A stretch of DNA of 64,000 nt from Isurus oxyrinchus (lineage: Eukaryota): contig JANJGN010000018.1 of the NCBI GenBank assembly GCA_026770705.1, positions 40,362,001-40,426,000 of the forward strand, in the 5' to 3' direction. How positions within the stretch are numbered: the stretch's first letter is position 1; each line of letters starts with the position of its first letter. The notes under the pieces are model-generated. The model saw only the letters and a program-made list of their open reading frames with translations, did not search any database and was not told where the DNA came from. This document shows positions 39,201-50,687 of the stretch, piece by piece. The position numbers and the translations under genes are program-made.

Positions 39201-42200
39201 TAATTTGCTGCCTAGCTCCTCATAATGCCTGTAGAGAACCTCCTTTCTTGTCCTGCCTATGTTGTTGGTACCTATATGGGCCATGACAATGGGATCCTCC
39301 CCATCACAATGCATGTTCCTCTCTAGCCGTGAGCAGATGCCCTGAACCCTGGCACTGGGCAGGCAACACTGCCATCTGGACTCTCGCTCTTTGCTGCAGA
39401 GAACAGTGTCAATCCCCCTTACTATACTGACCACTACTACCATTTCATTCCTTTTTGCTCCCCCATTTGAATGGTTTCCTGTACCATGGTCAGTTTCCTC
39501 ATCCATCCTGCAGCCTCCACTCCCATCCTAACAAGCTGAGAGAACCTCAGACCTGTTGGACAGTTGCAGAGGCTGACATTCCTGCACACCTGGCCTCTGG
39601 GACCCTTACCTGCCTCACTTGCAGTAACAGCCTGGTTTCCCTGGCCACCTTCCAAATCTGAAGCTCCTATCCTCAGGGATATGATTGCCTCCAGGTACAA
39701 AGCATCCAGGTAATTCACCCCCTCCCTGATGTGTTGCAGTGTCCACAGGTCATCCTCTAGCTCAATGACTCTGAGCTGAAGTTCCTCAAGGCGCAGATGC
39801 CAGATCACACTGGCATCCAGGAGCTTCCACATATCCTACCATCTTTATGTGCTTTAATTAACTACTTAATTATTTTATTCAATTATTTTCTTTTATGTAT
39901 TTTATAAATATTTCTGTAAATTCCTTACTATTTTGAACCTTAGGAATAGAACAGACTTACCCACTTGCCAGACACTTACCAAGTAGCTAGCTTTTTCCCT
40001 GTAGTAGAGCAAGAATCAATTCCTGCAGGGTAAAAAAAAATAGAAAAAAACAAAGGGCCCGGCCCCTCCCCTCCCCGCCCCTAACTGCCTCAGCTCACCA
40101 CATTTAGTTAAAGTTGCACTCAATGCCATTTGTGCTAAGAATGTCTGAATTTATATGTTCTGAAACAAAGGGACTGAGCCCAGGTACAGAACAAACCAAT
40201 TCAAGCTAGTTTCCTTAATTAACTATTTCAGCTGATGCCAATGAATTGCTTCTAGCTCCCTGTTTAGGCCCTTGGATCAGATTTAGCATTTAAACAGCAC
40301 TTGCAGTTAAATGCTAAATCTACACAATATTAGATTTTTAGAAAGAGTTTTATGATTCCTTCAACTCACCAACAATCTCACACTCTGCTGATGTAGCCCC
40401 TCAGAACTTACGTATCTCAATGAGATCACCTCTCATTCTTCAAAACTCCAACAACTATAGGCCCAAACTTGGAGATCAGGAGACTTGGTGATCTATGTGA
40501 GAAGCCACTATTAACTTTCTGTAAGAAGCTTTCTTAATAATTAAATGAAATGAAATCTGTCTCTCCCTCTAGTATCATTGGAAATATATGCAATAATTAA
40601 AGAAATGAAATTCCCAGTGATCCTGATTGCAGACAGAGAACAGAAAAGTTGACATACCCCACACAGACAGATCCACGGATGCTTCTCCAAATCCACTGTG
40701 AGTGCTGACTCTGCACATGTAAGTTCCTTCATCCCAGATATTAACATTCTTCAGCGTAAGAGATGCGTCTCCTTTATTCACTAAGCTTCCACGAAGCTCA
40801 GTTCTCTTGGTGTAGTTACTGTGCTGTTCACTGAAGTCATTCTTATTTTCCTTGTACTTGTGTACAGTTTGTGATACACCTACCTTCTCCCAGATCACTG
40901 TAGGATTACTGTCACCATTGCCGGTAAATGTACATTTAATGGTAACATCTTTGGCAGCCTCTGCAGCAATGTGCTGATCAGAGGAAACAGTGAACATCTC
41001 TGCATAAGGGATGAAAATAAAACAGTTACAGATTAGATTTAATAATATTCATATAAATAGACATTAACTTCTGTTCAGATCAGTTTTTCCACCATTTACA
41101 AAAAGTGATAAAAATTAAGACACATTGTTATGCATATAAAATGGTTAAATTGTGGTGGGAAATTCCTCAGAGTTTATTTCCACTTTCTGATGAAGTTACA
41201 ACATCAGAGCAGAATGGGTTCTGAGGAATTTCACAGCCTAGGTAAACTGCTGGTAAGTAACCTAAATATATTTTAAGAAAAATCAAAGCTAACTTGAAGT
41301 TCCAATATCTTCATGTCTAACCAATAATTTTTTGTTTTTAGACTTGTAATGTTTGCATCGACTTAATGGACTGAATGGTCTTCTTCCTTAATGTCTCTAT
41401 GACACCAATGTTTCACTTAAATTTACATTGAGAGATTTTAAGTAAGATACAAAAGTCCACTTGAAAGACAAATCACAAGACGTGTTTCATCTAGCCTCTG
41501 TTCATGCTCCTGGCAGGTTTCGCCTGGTGGGAAAGCCATCACTATTCTCTCACTCAGGTCCCAGGTAAGAAATAGCATCTGGGTCCTGGCAACATCATCA
41601 GAACCCAATTTTCATATTTAGAAAGGAGCTTCTGGCTTTGACTGGCTGTCCTTGCCACTTGCCATTTACAACTGCAGTGGCCAGAATGCGGGAATAGAGT
41701 GGGTAAGTCCCCTGCTCCAATTAAGGCACAGCCTAGAATATGTGCTCAAATGAACACAACCTTGAGACAGTGAAGGCCTGGGCCTGAATCAAGGCTGAAA
41801 ACCACAGCAGATGGTATCCAAGATTTATTCTGTCAGGCACCAGACTAGTAGTCAAACTATTCAAATTCATGGATTTCTCTGAATTTTGCTTATTCCCTTG
41901 ATTACTTGTAAGCAACAGCAGATGAAATTCAGTCAGACAGAAATTTGGTGATATACTATTCTTATCCACTTGCTATTTCAACTCACCACCTTGCCTCTCA
42001 TGCCACATATCTGTCCCTGGCCTGCTTCAATGTTTCAGTGAAGCCCAACACAAATTGGAGGAACAGCACCTCATCTTCCAATTAGGCACTTTATAGACTT
42101 CTGAACTTAATATTGAGCTCAACAACTTCAGATCATGAATTCTGTCCTCCATTCTGATCATTTATTTTTAATAATTTTTTTTCTTTTTTTTTCCTCAACC

Positions 42201-45200
42201 CCCTCCCCCCAACTGTGCCAGCCTGTAACTTGTTCTTACGTTTTGCTTTCAGGGAGCACTGACCCATGTTCTGCTATTAACACATTCTGCCATCTGACCT
42301 TCAGGCCACTATTAGCAACTTCCTTAGTCTTTAACACTATATGAACACTCCCTTTGTCTTGTGTCCATGACATCTTTGTCAAATCTCTCCTGAGCTCTCA
42401 CCTATCCATGACCTTCTATTTTCCTTCACCTCTTCCACAGTATAAAACCCTTCACATTTCTACCAGTCTTCAGCTCTGAAGAAGTCGTACAGACTAGAAA
42501 CGTTAACTCTGCTTCTCTCCCCACAGATGTTGCTAGGCCTTCTGAGTTTTTCCAGCATTTTCTGTTTTTATTTCAGATTTCCAGCATCCGCAGTATTTTG
42601 CTTTTATCCCTGATGGAGGAGCTTTATTCCCTTACTTTGCAGCAATAACAAAACATCAACCTCAGATTTCTGAGACACATCATTAACCATAGCAACAGGG
42701 ACTATTTGAGGCCTATTAAGGATACTGAACAAGGAAGGGGAATTCAGGCATCATATGCAATAACATCCCCCACTTTTACAGCATGATCGCACATTCACTT
42801 ATGCACAGGATCTAATGGCACAAATCTGCTTTCATATTTCCCACTTAAGGCAACATATTCATACTCATTTTGCCAACTTCCTATCACATCCACTTTTCAC
42901 TGAAATGGCCAAATTTTGCAAATTAAATCAGTACATTTCCAGACACCTGTTCCCAAATCCAATTTATTATGGTACAAGTATAGCTCACATATTTATGATT
43001 GAGAAAGTTGGAGAAGAATTTTCAAGCTAGGGCCGACAAGGTGCATGCTCTGCAATACATGGCATTCAGTCCATTAAATACACAAACTTTGCTCTGTTTG
43101 TACTTATACTCAGTGCTTGCTGGTATATCTTTTTTAGCTTTCATGGGCTTAGGGTTTTGGAAAGGGTTGCTCTTGGGCTTTTTGAATCTTGTACTCAAAC
43201 TTTTCACATAAAAAGTTATATGCCACAGTTGGATTAAGAAATTTTGCTCAAATGAATCAGTATAGGGGGTAATTTTTGCACGAGAAGAATAACAGCTTCA
43301 GCAGTGATACAGCTAAGACATGATTGTTGGCTCCACTGAAAAAAACATGTTTTACGGAATCACACCGCTAAAATCCACCACACCCAAATTCTTGTTCACA
43401 AGTCACAATTTTTAAAATAAAATGAAACTTGATACTTGTTTGAGCAAAGGGACAAATTAAATTTCACATTAGTTACTATAGAATAATACAACCATAGAAT
43501 GGTGACAGCACAGAAGGAAGCCACTTGGCCTGTCTTGTCAGTGCCACTCTATGTAAGAGTTACTTGGCTAATCCTACTCCCTCGCCTTTTCCCGGTAGCC
43601 TTGCAAATTTCTTGTCTTCAAATAATTATCCAATTCCCTTTTTAAAAACAGCAATTGAACCCACCACACTCTCAACAGTGCATTCCAGGTCCTTAACATC
43701 ACTCAATGTAACAAAAAAAATTCTTCATGTCACTTCTGGTTATTTTGCTATTCACCTCAAATCAGTGTCATCTGGTTCTCGACCCTTCCGCCAAAAGGAA
43801 CAATATCTTACAATCTACTCTATCCTTTTCCCTCATGCTTTTGATCACTTGTATCAAATTTCCTCCCAAACTTCCCTAAGTAGACCAGCCCCAGATTCAT
43901 CAACCTATTCACATAACTGAAGTTCCTCATTCTTGGAGCCATTCTCTTAAATCTTGTCTGCATTCTCTCCAAAGTCTTCACACTCTTCCTAAATTGTGGG
44001 TCCCAGAGTTGGACACAATACCCCATTTGAGGCTTTTAACTTTATTTTTGTACTCTATGCCTCTATTTACAAAGCCCTCATTACCATATGCCTATTAATG
44101 GCTTTCTCAACCTTTCCTGCCACCTTTAGCAATTTGTGCATGTATATCCCCAGGGTCCTCTGCTCCTGTATCCCTTGTAGAAACGTATTCTTTATTTTAT
44201 TTTGCCTTTCCACATTCTTCATACCAAAATGTATCACTTCACACTTCTCTACATTAAATTTGTCTCCCATGTGTCCATCATTCAACCTATGCCCTCTCGA
44301 AGTCTATCCCTACTCTCCTCACAGTTCACAATAATTGCAAGTTTTGAATAGTCTGAAAATTTTAAAATTATGTCGTGGACACCTAAATCTAGGTCACTTA
44401 CATCAAGAAAAGCAATGGTCCTGATACCAACTCCTAGGGAGCTCCATTACATACCAAAAACAACTGTTCAACAGTACTCTCTGGCCCAAATTTTCTGATC
44501 AGCATCAGAACTACTGCATCTGACACTGAGCCGTCAGAAACTTGCATACTTAACCTGGTAATGTTTAAAAGGATCTGACTTCCGATGCAGCATCCTGAAG
44601 AACTCATTCAGCTCAGAGACCGGCAAAGGGGATCAGCGCAGAAGACGCACCCCCTTTTTATGGCATTAGTTGCCTAATGGTAAGAACCAGTTTTTGAATG
44701 TTAGTGAATGGGTGAGTGGGTGAATGGATGAATGAGTGAATGGGTAAGTTGATAGGGTGGGCATGCAGGTAAGTGGGTGAGGTGGGTAAGTGGGTAGAAT
44801 GATGAGTGGGTGAGCAGATGAGGTGGTAATGGCTAGTTGGGTCAGGGGGTAGCCTGGTGGTCAGAGATAGTCGGGTCGGGTCAGGTCAGGTGGTCAGAGG
44901 GTTGTCATATTGGGTTGGGGGTTAGTCAGGTCAGTGGCGGGTAGTTGGGTGGTGGTTGGGTTGGGTCGGTGGGGGGGGGGGATGTTTTCGGGTCAGGTCA
45001 GGGGGACAGGGGCATAGTAGGGATGCCAGGAGGGTAACTGAGGGGGGTGATCATTTGTGTGGTCCTGTGTTAGACTAGGTTTTAATCTGTCTAACATTTC
45101 CTGGGTAACAACTCAGGTAAGTACTGCAGAACTGTCCTCAGTCTCCCACTCTAGCTCAGAGTTGGAGACATTTGTGGAGGGTCCCAGGGAGTGAGGGATT

Positions 45201-48200
45201 GCCCATCAGAAATTTAAACTTCCAGAGTAATTCCCACATGGGTCCACGTGTCAGGAATTCTGCAGAGTCCTGATGCACATCTTCAATTGTACATCCGGCC
45301 TCCGACAGTCCAGAGACTGGAAGATTTGGCCCTCTGTTTCCTCAGCCAACTCTGCATCCATGCTGCCAATGTCCCTTTTAATCCACAGACTTCAACTTTG
45401 CTGACAAGCCTGTTATGTGACACTTTATCAAAGACCTTTGGATGTTCACATACACCACATCAACTGCATTACCCTCATGAGCCCTCTGGTGCTTCATCAA
45501 AAATCTTGATCAAATTAGTTAAAGATGATTTGCCAGATGTATCTAATATCTGTCACATTCATATTTGTATCTTTGTTTAGGTTTATTCATATGTATTCAA
45601 AAAAGGAAAACAAACTTACCAACATGACTGAAACAAAGCAGTAGGCAGCACAGTGACAGCATCCTGAAAAAGAATTAATGACTGGTTAGAAAGGACGAAC
45701 CTGAAAGTAAGAATGAAGAGTCATTTCCAAGTGGATATGGTGTGGTAATGATATCCCTCAGGGTACAGCTTGCAACTGCTTCTGCTGATTTGTGCACATC
45801 AATGAATTGGATAAAACTAGAGGGAGTGGTGTCTACATTTCCAGGAAATATTAAAATAGGAGACATAGAAATATTTCTGAAAACCAGAGGGAGCTACAAA
45901 AATATATTAAAAAGATGGTGCAATGGGCAAAGATTGGCAGATGGAATTCAGTGTCACCAAATGTGAAGGGATACGTTTTCAAAAAGAAAATTAATGATCA
46001 TAAGTTGAATTGGGGAAAACTAGTTGATGTGGATTTATAGTTCAGGTTCACAAGATATAAAAAGCAGCTGTTTTCCTCAAGTGTATATGGCCACAGTATG
46101 GTTAATGGGATACTGGGCTTTATGTCAATGGTTACAGGCATATAAAGATCAGAGTTCGATGGTGAATCTATACAAAACCTTTAAAAGACCACAGTTGGGG
46201 TATTACAGAATGCAAATATGCTTTGAATAAACATATTTAGCAGTCAGCCTGAAATAGATAAAAGAATAGGTTTGTGCTGTAAATTTTGTTTTACAGGAAA
46301 TAGCTTAAGGTTTCATTTACTTGGAAACAAACCAGTGAAATAATTATTTTAGGTAATGTCGGCTGTTGGAAAGGGTTCATGGTCAGATGAAGCCTTTGTA
46401 ATAATGGGAGAGCAACTGGATACAAACTGAAAGGCTGCTTGTTGCCAACGTCATGCATGCACAGTTTTAGTGCTTCACTCCATTAGTCACTGCGAGTGAC
46501 AGAGTAGGCAACAGCCAAGAGCAAAGATGGTGCTGCTCATATCATCACAGCTGTACTTTAGCTGCTGTCCTGAAGGGGTGGTAAGGAGGAGTGGGATGGG
46601 GTTTTGAGGAGGAGGAAGAGGGGATGTGGAGGAGGAGGGGGAGGGGATGGGGAAGAGGAGGGGACAAGGATGAGTAGTGGGGAGGAGGAGGAGGAGGGGG
46701 CTGGGGAGGAGAGGGGATGAGGGGGGATGAGGGGGGTTGTGGAGGGAGAGGAGGGGGAGGGGATGGGGAAGAGGAGAGGGATGTGAGGAGGAGGAGGATG
46801 TGAGGAGGAGGGGGATGGTGTGAGGAGAGGGAGGGCAATGGGCTGAGGTGGAGGAGGAGGATGGGATGAGGAGGAGGAGAAAAGGAATGTAATTGATGAG
46901 GTGAAGGGGGTGTGAGGAGGAGGACGGCATATCTGCATTATGTCGTCAGTGGCACATGCAGAGAGGATACTGGCAGGCTGAGCGCGGCGCAGTGATGTCA
47001 CTGGATTTCAGAACACGTGCGGACCAGTGCGCATGTGCAGACTGGTATTGGCAGCCATCTTGCGTGGCCATCTTGTGTTGGCAAGAGACACAGTGGGCGG
47101 GATTTTCCCCCCATTGGTGGGGGGGGGGGGAGTTGAAGTGTGGGCACACAAGAGGCGCGCCTCTGATCGGGCCCACCCAGCGTGACGTCCGCCAGGAAGC
47201 GCTGTGCACTCCCTGTGCAGGCAGAGGGGGGAATCCCTAAACCTGAGAGGGCTCATGCGTATAAAAGAGCACACTCCTCTCCCTGGGGCTAAGTGCTGCC
47301 TCAGGGAGATCGGCTCTACAACAAAAATTAATAGAAAAAAAAATCCCTGACATGTCCCCTCATGTGACACTGTCACATGAGTTGGGACATGTCCATAACT
47401 TCTTTAAATACTTTAACTAAATTTTTTAAAACCTACTTGAAACCTCATCCAGCCCATGGATGAGGTTTCATGCTTTTTCTGAAGCCTGCCAGGGCTCCTG
47501 GCCAACCTTACGTTTGGGTGGGCAGGTCCATTAATTACTTCAATGACTCTGTCAATGGCCTCAATTGGCCATTGACAGGTCAGCGGGTGCACAGCTGATT
47601 TTGCTGAACCCCCGCCTACCTGAAAATTTAAATGGGGTGCGGTGATGTCAGGAGTTCCGCCCGACGTCACCGCGCCCCATTTTACTTGTCGACGAGCAGG
47701 TCCTGCCTCCCACTCATCAACGGGAAAATCCTGCCCCGTGGTACTAAATACAAATAACCATACTACAAAGCTTTGTCTTTGCATTTAGCCTTGCTTAATA
47801 GTCCAGTAAGGAATTAGACCACTTCGCCTGGATAGCCATTATGAACAGCACATTAACAGTCCTTAGTAAACAGCTTTAGACATAAATAACTGATAACCCA
47901 AACAATGAAACTCCTGAATATTAATTGAAGGCCAGAGATGAGATGCAAGAGAGTTATAAAATCGGTCATGGGAAACAGCCCATGGTGAGTTACATAGAAT
48001 ATGCAACACAGAAACAGGCCATTCATCCTTACCACTTGGGCCTCCTCCCATTTTTTCTCAGCTAAATCTACCATTGTAACCATGTATTTCCTTCTTTCTC
48101 CTCTGCTAATTTTTCCTTAAAGGCATCTATATTATTTACTTCAGCCACTCCCTGTGAAGGTGAGTTCCACATTCTTATCACTTTTGGGTGAAGATGTTTC

Positions 48201-50292
48201 TCCTGAATTCCCAAATGGATATCTTGGTGACTATCTTATATTGATGCCCTCCAAGTTAAGGAGAGATGATGTGAAGGCCTGATTGATCAAGGACAGAAGG
48301 TACGTGTGAAGCAACAAGAAGCTCATGGCAGGTGGAGAAGATTAGGGTATACTGTTACCCAATGATTTAGACAAAGAACTCAATAAGATATCGGGCATTT
48401 TGTGTGAAAAGAAATCTTTCTAGGGCAATGAGGCTCTGTCAATAATAAACTCAAGCTCACCCCTGGAAAAAGGGGTAGAGTCAGAGACTTTGGAGGCTAC
48501 AATGCAGTGGAGAGAAACTTACCAGGGTAGCTTCATGCTTATTCTCTTGGGCAGCTTGGGAAGTCGTGAAGGTGTGAGGCACAGAGAAGAACAGAGATAG
48601 AAAAAGAAAGAGTTGTTCATGTATGCAACTGTCCTCCCCAACCTGGACTGGTATTCCCTGCTTGTCATGGTCATGTGCATTTGCTGTATAGCTAGCCTGT
48701 TATGTTATGCCCCATCTTAAACTCAACAAACCCACTGCTTGCAGTCGATCCCAACTGATTAGATCATTGATAACAAAACTAGAAAGCTTAAAAGAGTACT
48801 CTGCGTGGTTTTGACCTCCAAACTACTGGTACGATGTTGAGATAGTAGAGAGGGTGAAGCACACGCTCACTATAATGCTGCTTGAAACGAGAAAATACAA
48901 AAAGGGGGGAAAACTGGCGATCTGGGGAATGGTGACATCTCCCAGGTTCCCCCATCCCATAACACTGTATTACCGAGTCCTGTGTCCTTCTGAACCTGTC
49001 CTGCACTGAACTGCCCCACGCTCTTATCGCAAAAGGAGCCACATTGCCCATATAGACCCCTCACCACACACTGTCTAGCCCACCACTCACATACTGATTA
49101 TTACAAATAGGACTCATATCTCTAGGGAGAAGACTGAGGGAAGATCTGCGAGGGATCTTCAAGATAAAGAATGACTTGCACTTATATTGCACCTTTCATG
49201 CCCACAGGCTACCCCAAGGCACTAAGCCAACAAAAATACTTTTGAAGTGTGGTCACTTTTACAATGCAGGAAGCAAAAGCTTCTATTATACTGTGGTGTG
49301 GGATTTGATAGAGGTTCTTAATATTACTAAGGGTCGGCAAATGTGCCTGTGGAACATTAACAGCAACCCACCTCCCCACCCTGCCAACCTGCATATGTTG
49401 GGCCGAATGGCCTGTCCCATATTGTAATTTCTACATAGTTCCTTTCACTGTCACGAAGCATTCTTCAGGGCATTAAATAAAATGTCTATAACGTATTTGT
49501 CACAATTAAACACTTTCTTAATAAATATATTAATTAGCATTTCCCATATGGATAGCTCCACATCCATAACGTTACAACTCACATGGACTTGTTTTTTTTA
49601 TAAACAACAGATCAACTAGAATTAGATTTTAAATATACAGGTCTGCAAGAAACTTTGAATAAAAGTGTATTTTACAACTCAGTCTTGTTCAATATCAAAG
49701 CAGAACAACGAATCCTACAAATCAGCACAAACAGGAACACAATCTGGGAGTTGCGTGCAGTGCTTCCCAAGAGTTGAGTGTAAACACCTATTGAAAAGCT
49801 GCTTTAGAGCCTACAGGCAGCTTTTAATGTATTTCTTATAAAATATATAGTTAAATATCACAATTACTTGAATATTTAAATATAGTGACGGGACAGTTAA
49901 TTATAGCATTTATGATAATGTTTGTGAGATAAATTACAGATATATATGGAGAGTAAGTCCATGTTACTTTAGGTGCAGAATTTATTCCATGAGTTTAGAG
50001 CGCCAGTGATCAAATACAGATGTGTAATGATTATTCATTTTAAATAGATTGTGACCCAAGTGAGCGAATCAGAAACTGCGCAGTTACAAAAAGAGAAACG
50101 AAACTAAAAATAGATTGAAAATATCCTGGACCGTAGATTATTGCCAACCAGTTTAATTTCTGGTTTCCAGCATTCTCAGTGTGGAGTTTTTGCTGAAATT
50201 AAAATGTTTACATATATGCATTTAAGGGGAAAAGTTCATGCATCAGCTGTACTTTTCAGCTGCCTGCTATACCTGACACCCTTCCAATGCAT
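27170..50292 (-). CDS. VTCN1-like: B7-family Ig gene (VTCN1/B7-H4-like): signal peptide-IgV-IgC-hydrophobic tail, 5 coding exons, 263 aa, intact
   Basis: Exons 50273-50292, 45620-45663, 40658-40999, 33324-33608 and 27170-27270 join through GT..AG introns (phases 2,1,1,1) into 792 nt with no internal stop. IgV segment WEKVGVSQTVHKYKENKNDFSEQ..RT..GDASLTLKNV..DEGTYMC resembles human B7-H4 as recalled from memory (WLKEGVLGLVHEFKEGKDELSEQ..RT..GNASLRLKNV..DAGTYKC). Orthology versus CD276, HHLA2 or butyrophilins is untested. Confidence 0.8.
28468..29678 (+). pseudogene. Harbinger DDE transposase (HARBI1-like), frameshifted
   Basis: RPRVYR..RLRMSKELV..LPVAVKVTAVLSFYTTG..QGAIDSTHV..DKG..WLMT..EQTIGMLKMRF..LDNL. 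Confidence 0.9.
30370..32030 (-). pseudogene. Harbinger Myb/SANT accessory gene, three exons, decayed
   Basis: Exon 1 Myb domain (about 31815-32030). Exon 2 DKLAHNRETLQTGGGMPEIKVLTDFE (about 31370-31590). Exon 3 coiled coil MLELQRQAQEHQEGMSAALLRLQGTMEES. Confidence 0.8.
33324..33608 (-). CDS. VTCN1-like: IgC exon
   Basis: Acceptor ttttttcttag, 285 nt, donor gtgagt, phase 1-1. LSCQCEGLYPEPKVSW...GLFKV...YICSV is a B7/butyrophilin-type C domain. Confidence 0.9.
33865..35330 (-). mobile_element. Old CR1 3' fragment interrupted by MITE A copy 3
   Basis: CR1 tail (gaatgaggccattcagccc) and C-terminal ORF2 remnants on both sides of the MITE. Confidence 0.6.
34312..35020 (+). mobile_element. Harbinger MITE family A, copy 3
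   Basis: TIRs gggccagaat / gaaaattctccc. Shares the three internal hairpins with copy 1. Confidence 0.8.
35617..40150 (-). mobile_element. Near full-length decayed CR1 LINE (ORF1 with SGNH/GDSL esterase domain, ORF2 APE-RT), sense to the host gene
   Basis: ORF1 remnants LEELQLRVIELE and SIVRGID..CCLPSARV..HIGTNNIG. ORF2 KSLGPDGLHPRVLKE, SYRPVSLTSV and FQKAFDK. 3' tail near 35620. Confidence 0.85.
36140..36500 (-). mobile_element. tRNA-derived SINE with LINE-derived tail (shark HE1-like)
   Basis: Minus-strand head GGGGAGGTGGTGGTGTAATGG (A box) and GGTTTGAATCC (B box). Homologous to 60945-61185. Confidence 0.75.
40658..40999 (-). CDS. VTCN1-like: IgV exon
   Basis: Acceptor tttcatcccttatgcag, 342 nt, donor gtatgt, phase 1-1. 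Canonical Cys (VTIKC), Trp (VIWEK) and DEGTYMC. Confidence 0.93.
41975..42607 (+). mobile_element. Penelope-like element 3' fragment
   Basis: EAQHKLEEQHLIFQLG..ELNNFR plus the terminal sequence shared with 58600-59271. Confidence 0.8.
43485..45545 (-). mobile_element. Old CR1 3' fragment interrupted by a MITE at 44483-45332
   Basis: YCVQLWDPQFRKSVKTLERMQTRF and KFNVEKCEVIHFG motifs, with a CR1 tail near 43490. Confidence 0.7.
44483..45332. mobile_element. Harbinger-type MITE (third family), TSD tct/tct, GT-rich core
   Basis: TIRs ggcccaaattttc / gaagatttggccc with identical 3-bp flanks. Confidence 0.65.
45620..45663 (-). CDS. VTCN1-like: Signal-peptide exon (MLSLCCLLLCFSHV)
   Basis: Acceptor ttctttttcag, 44 nt, donor gtaagt. 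Phase-1 end is in frame with the IgV exon. Hydrophobic core. Confidence 0.8.
46575..46925. repeat. (GGA)n-like purine-rich low-complexity tract
   Basis: Almost only G and A on the plus strand for about 350 bp. Confidence 0.9.
47095..47736 (-). mobile_element. Harbinger MITE family A, copy 4
   Basis: TIRs gggcgggattttccc / gggaaaatcctgccc (14/15 match), flanks agt/cgt, three hairpins. Confidence 0.85.
50273..50292 (-). CDS. VTCN1-like: Putative coding exon 1 (MHWKGV-R) of the B7-like gene
   Basis: ATG CAT TGG AAG GGT GTC AG followed by the donor gtatag. Joins in frame to exon 2 and supplies a basic signal-peptide n-region. Confidence 0.55.
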
Positions 50293-50470
50293 TGAGCCTT
50301 CAAGCCAAAATTCTGTGCTAATCCCCAGAAAGACTGCAGATTCTGCAGCAAGGTTATACGAGTTTGGAGGTTCTAATAAGGTAGGTTTTCAATTTTGTTA
50401 GCACTCTCCACCACTTTCCAATCAAGAGAAATATCAAGTAAAATAATGGAATTGAGTCAAAGGAACATAC
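50293..50470 (-). promoter_or_regulatory. Putative 5' UTR and proximal promoter of the B7-like gene
   Basis: Unique sequence next to exon 1 with an AP-1 motif TGAGTCA (50453-50459), CCAAT (50418-50422) and GGAAAGT on the minus strand (50413-50419). Motif matches only. Confidence 0.3.
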
Positions 50471-50520
50471 TTGAGATTTCTTGCTGGTAGCAATGTAGCA
50501 AACAATAGGCAGCAGAGGAA

Positions 50521-50687
50521 TAAAAACAAAGAAAACTGCGGATGCTGGAAATCCAAAACAAAAACAGAATTACCTGGAAAAACTCAGCAGGTCTGGCAGC
50601 ATCGGCGGAGAAGAAAAGAGTTGACGTTTCGAGTCCTCATGACCCTTCGACAGAACTTGAGTTCGAGTCCAAGAAAGAGTTGAAATA
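50521..50687 (-). mobile_element. Penelope-like terminal fragment just upstream of exon 1
   Basis: Nearly identical to 55135-55300. Confidence 0.8.

Larger units (their letters stand above)
46276..49000 (+). repeat. Segmental duplication copy A (paralogue at 61219-64000)
   Basis: Collinear similarity of 46276-46430, 47745-48600 and 48600-48990 with 61219-61743, 62870-63360 and 63600-64000. Confidence 0.85.

Noticed and set aside
42999-43211. Overlapping short ORFs (hydrophobic on plus, Lys-rich on minus) in intron 2
   Set aside because: No recognisable domain, no convincing splice sites, and no fit to the gene model.
46487-47001. Pro/Ser-rich ORFs on the minus strand
   Set aside because: Translation of the (GGA)n-like tract.
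48788-48960. Highly similar core in both duplication copies with matching minus-strand ORFs (QHYSE..LHPLYYLNIVPV.WR)
   Set aside because: The plus strand reads DVEIVERVKRTFTIMLPGMRKY, an old CR1 ORF2 C-terminus; the minus ORFs are its antisense shadow.
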